Under the pieces are notes generated by a model. The model saw only the letters and a program-made list of their open reading frames with translations. It did no database searches and was not told where the DNA came from. A program made the translations under genes and the position numbers. Positions 14,307 through 16,260 of a stretch of 16,260 bases of DNA are shown in pieces. The stretch's first letter is position 1, and each line of letters opens with the position of its first letter. Source of the stretch: a virus; IMG/VR virus record IMGVR_UViG_3300045988_051028; one strand, given 5' to 3'.

Positions 14307-14614
14307 CAGCACATATTGATGTCGGGATAGTCGTCGCCCTCATCACCATCATCGGCACGTTCCTCGCCGTCGGCCGCTGGCTCTACAAGCAGTTCCGATC
14401 CCTGGAGAACCTGCTGGAGGACTGGCACGGAGAGGCTCCTAGACCCGGCGTGCCCGGTAGACTAGGGGTAATGGAAAGGCTGGACAGTATTGAGAAGAAA
14501 GTTAATTCTGCCGCTTTTAATAGCCGGCCTAACCATGGCACAAGTGCTTTTGATGAGCACACCCGCCTACTAAACCAGATTCTAGAAAGGATCGACAATG
14601 GAAAAGGCAATTAA
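14303..14614 (+). CDS. Membrane protein with a single N-terminal TM helix (holin-accessory / lysis-associated candidate)
   Basis: ATG 14303 overlaps the ATPase stop (ATGA), with GGAGA 7 nt upstream. The TM segment is IDVGIVVALITIIGTFLAVGRWLY, followed by a helical soluble tail. The 14237 start in the track would lie inside the ATPase gene. Confidence 0.65.
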   Translation: MTAHIDVGIVVALITIIGTFLAVGRWLYKQFRSLENLLEDWHGEAPRPGVPGRLGVMERLDSIEKKVNSAAFNSRPNHGTSAFDEHTRLLNQILERIDNGKGN

Positions 14615-14801
14615 CCTCCTCGCCGCACCCAAGACACGCATGTGGGCCTACAACCTCATGATCGCCGTCATGGCATACCTCACCGTCAAGGGGTACCTCA
14701 ACGGCGACGAGAGCGCCGCCCTCACCGCAATCGGCGCCGCCCTCTTCGCCGTCGCATCCGTCAACACCGACCACACCCCCGGAAAGCACGAGGCCGAGTA
14801 A
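14598..14801 (+). CDS. Holin candidate, two TM helices (67 aa)
   Basis: AAGGA lies 6 nt before the ATG. Hydrophobic segments are MWAYNLMIAVMAYLTV and AALTAIGAALFAVASV, with a charged C-terminal tail. The gene is immediately upstream of the endolysin, with a TAATG overlap. Confidence 0.65.
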   Translation: MEKAINLLAAPKTRMWAYNLMIAVMAYLTVKGYLNGDESAALTAIGAALFAVASVNTDHTPGKHEAE

Positions 14802-15616
14802 TGGCTACAGCAGCAGAATTCATCGGAGCATGCGCCAACGAAATCGGATACAGCCGATGGGACGACGAAGAGCAAGGAACCAAGTACGGGCGCGACTACG
14901 CCACCCGCCACGGCGCCGTATTCGGCCAAAGCGGAGTACCTTTCTGCGACATGGGCATGACCTACTGCCTCCGTAAGGTCGGCGTCACCGACTTCGATAG
15001 CGCCTACGTCCCCGCCCGCGTCAACACAGCACGCTCCCGTGGCTGGCTAGTCCCCTACGGCTCGGCCCGCCCCGGAGACATGGTCACGTTCGACTGGAAC
15101 GACGACGGCGAAGACGACCACATCGGCGTCGTGGAGTCCACCGACGCCACCGGCGTCAACACCATCGAATTCAACACCAGTGAAGTCTCCTGGGATGATG
15201 GGGGACTGGTCATGCGTCAGCACCGCCCCTGGGCACACCTCAGCCACTGCATCCGCTACCCCTGGGCCGACAGCGGCATGGGTAGCATCGTACCCGCTGA
15301 GAGGCGCCTGGAAGACGTACAGCGGGCCGTAGGCGCCTACCCCGACCACGTAATCGGCCCGGACACGCGCAAACGACTCCTAGCCGTCGTGAGCGCCTCC
15401 GCATGGGGCGGCGGGTCGTTCCCGTTCGGCGTCCAGTACGTGCAGGGCGTCATCGGCACCGAACAGGACGGTGTGTGGGGTGAGGCGTCCGCTGCAGCCC
15501 ACGACCGCACCGTAGAAGCCATCCAGCGCGCCCTAGGCGTCGAAGATGACGGAGTGTGGGGGCCAGCCACACAAGCAGCGTGGCAGGCCCTCAGCGACGC
15601 TTCTGAGCAGGTCTGA
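14801..15616 (+). CDS. Endolysin: N-terminal CHAP-type amidase/peptidase plus C-terminal PG_binding_1-like repeats
   Basis: ATG 14801. The tracked 14642 extension is an Arg-rich out-of-frame read of the holin gene. GVPFCDMGMTY (Cys), DDHIGVVES (His) and TIEFNTS are CHAP-like. The repeats LEDVQRAVGAYPDHVIGPDTRKRL, VQGVIGTEQDGVWG and IQRALGVEDDGVWGPATQAAW are peptidoglycan-binding-like. Confidence 0.85.
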   Translation: MATAAEFIGACANEIGYSRWDDEEQGTKYGRDYATRHGAVFGQSGVPFCDMGMTYCLRKVGVTDFDSAYVPARVNTARSRGWLVPYGSARPGDMVTFDWNDDGEDDHIGVVESTDATGVNTIEFNTSEVSWDDGGLVMRQHRPWAHLSHCIRYPWADSGMGSIVPAERRLEDVQRAVGAYPDHVIGPDTRKRLLAVVSASAWGGGSFPFGVQYVQGVIGTEQDGVWGEASAAAHDRTVEAIQRALGVEDDGVWGPATQAAWQALSDASEQV

Positions 15617-15627
15617 GCACACAAGGT

Positions 15628-15662
15628 AAGGCCCCGGTCACCATCATGGTGGCCGGGGCCTT
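15628..15662. terminator. Hairpin between convergent transcription units (candidate bidirectional terminator)
   Basis: 15-bp stem aaggccccggtcacc (15628-15642) / ggtggccggggcctt (15648-15662) with one G-U pair, and loop atcat. There are only short T/A runs on either side. It lies between the + strand endolysin stop and the - strand 41-aa ORF stop. Confidence 0.6.
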
Positions 15663-15692
15663 GCTATAGGAGAGGAGGACCTATTGCACCTC

Positions 15693-15818
15693 TCAGTATG
15701 ACACAGGAATCATGGTGGACGCAACACCGATAGCGAACGCCACAAAACCAACCACCAGCAGAAAAAGCAACGACGCTGAAAACAGAATCGCAACCCCCAT
15801 GAAATCAAACCGACGCAT
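15693..15818 (-). CDS. Small hydrophobic single-TM peptide, 41 aa; below the ORF-track length cutoff
   Basis: On the minus strand, SD GAGGAGGA (complement of 15826-15833) lies 6 nt before the ATG (15818-15816). The translation is MRRFDFMGVAILFSASLLFLLVVGFVAFAIGVASTMIPVSY, with stop TGA at 15695-15693. Only 2 of 41 codons end in A. It overlaps the end of the upstream 88-aa gene by 14 nt. Confidence 0.6.
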   Translation of the reverse strand: MRRFDFMGVAILFSASLLFLLVVGFVAFAIGVASTMIPVSY

Positions 15819-16071
15819 TACTGATCCTCCTCAGAATACGAACCAAATCAATGCTGTTACAAATAAACGTACAACGCGGTTTCTGACTATCGATGATCTT
15901 GAAAAACTCCTTACTGAACGAGTTAACCGCCCAATCGCTATATGACAAGCGCTTAAGGAAAATCATCACTCCATTCATTTTCACCTTACACGTAGCGCAA
16001 TCCTCAAAGTAGACAATGCCGCCTACACGCGAAATATTTACCAGCATCTCATCCGTGAGAACCAGGTCCAT
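15805..16071 (-). CDS. Hypothetical right-end early protein, 88 aa, with CxxC and CxxxC pairs
   Basis: SD GAGGAGGAG lies directly upstream of the ATG at 16071, which is 14 nt inside the right ITR boundary. 6 of 88 codons end in A, consistent with the genome bias, whereas the antisense + ORF is low-complexity. Cys pairs are CATC and CTFIC. No family recognised. Confidence 0.7.
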   Translation of the reverse strand: MDLVLTDEMLVNISRVGGIVYFEDCATCKVKMNGVMIFLKRLSYSDWAVNSFSKEFFKIIDSQKPRCTFICNSIDLVRILRRISNASV

Positions 16072-16084
16072 AACTCCTCCTCAA

Positions 16085-16260
16085 TTGGCGATAACCCAAT
16101 AGTACACCAACCAACATTCGATTCAACCCCAAACCATGTGATCCCGATCATAAACCGAACAGGGCATAGCAGACCGGACGGTCAGTGTCAAGAGAGGATG
16201 GAAAAGTGTGAGCGATTGCATTATGGGGTACCCCCGGGGGGTATGTTAAATTTTGACAAA
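16085..16260. repeat. Right inverted terminal repeat (176 bp)
   Basis: Exact reverse complement of 1-176. Confidence 0.97.
16099..16126 (-). promoter_or_regulatory. Mirror copy of the ITR promoter, pointing inward from the right end
   Basis: Same sequence as 135-162, because it lies in the ITR. It sits upstream of the minus-strand gene starting at 16071, whose SD is GAGGAGGAG. Confidence 0.45.

Larger units (their letters stand above)
1..16260. other. Complete linear genome of a small phi29-like (protein-primed, picovirus-type) podophage
   Basis: Perfect ITRs sit exactly at both window ends. The interior holds a full phi29-type gene set (SSB, terminal protein, protein-primed PolB, scaffold, capsid, knob, portal, lower collar, appendage, tail lysin, gp16-like ATPase, holin, endolysin). 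Gene packing is dense, with overlapping start/stop codons. Confidence 0.85.

Noticed and set aside
14642-14800. Arg-rich 53-aa N-terminal extension of the endolysin ORF.
   Set aside because: It is an out-of-frame read through the holin gene (RRRERRPHRNRRRP...). ATG 14801 forms a TAATG junction with the holin stop, and the CHAP domain begins right after it.
15712-15945. A + strand 77-aa ORF in the right arm.
   Set aside because: The translation is low-complexity (T/N/K/P-rich) and the AGGAA lies too close to the ATG. It is antisense to two minus-strand ORFs that have strong SDs and the genome-typical avoidance of A-ending codons.
1-16260. A search for tRNA genes, CRISPR repeats, integrase/recombinase, a repressor/Cro module or attachment sites.
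   Set aside because: Nothing resembling these was found. All sizeable ORFs are accounted for by replication, structural or lysis functions or by small early proteins. I therefore make no lysogeny or CRISPR call.

Overview
The window is bounded by a perfect 176-bp inverted terminal repeat: 1-176 is the exact reverse complement of 16085-16260, checked base by base. It therefore reads as one complete 16,260-bp linear dsDNA genome of a small phi29-like, protein-primed podophage, not a chromosomal fragment.

The + strand, left to right, carries:
- the ITR with inward-facing promoter-like elements;
- about five small early ORFs of unknown function;
- a replication module: p5-like SSB, terminal protein, protein-primed family-B DNA polymerase, and an untracked 55-aa ribbon-helix-helix protein;
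- a 13-bp-arm palindrome / intrinsic terminator;
- a late module: scaffold, major capsid with a C-terminal Ig-like domain, gp9-like tail knob, gp10-like portal, gp11-like lower collar, a coiled-coil tail appendage with an SGNH-esterase domain, a two-enzyme tail lysin and a gp16-like packaging ATPase;
- a very GC-rich lysis cassette: N-terminal-TM protein, 2-TM holin, and a CHAP plus PG-binding endolysin.

A hairpin at 15628-15662 separates this from a short minus-strand cassette read inward from the right ITR. That cassette holds an 88-aa Cys-containing protein and an untracked 41-aa single-TM peptide.

I saw no tRNA, CRISPR array, integrase or lysogeny module. Family assignments rest on motifs I can read in the translations and on my recollection of phi29 protein sequences; no database search was possible. 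The host (probably a moderately high-GC Gram-positive, Actinomycetota-like judging by the lysis genes) is inference only.

The points most worth follow-up are:
- the promoter-bearing long ITRs;
- the right-end minus-strand cassette;
- the SGNH tail appendage;
- the hairpin that sequesters the terminal-protein ribosome-binding site;
- the RHH gene plus palindrome at the early/late boundary;
- the absence of an obvious pRNA gene.
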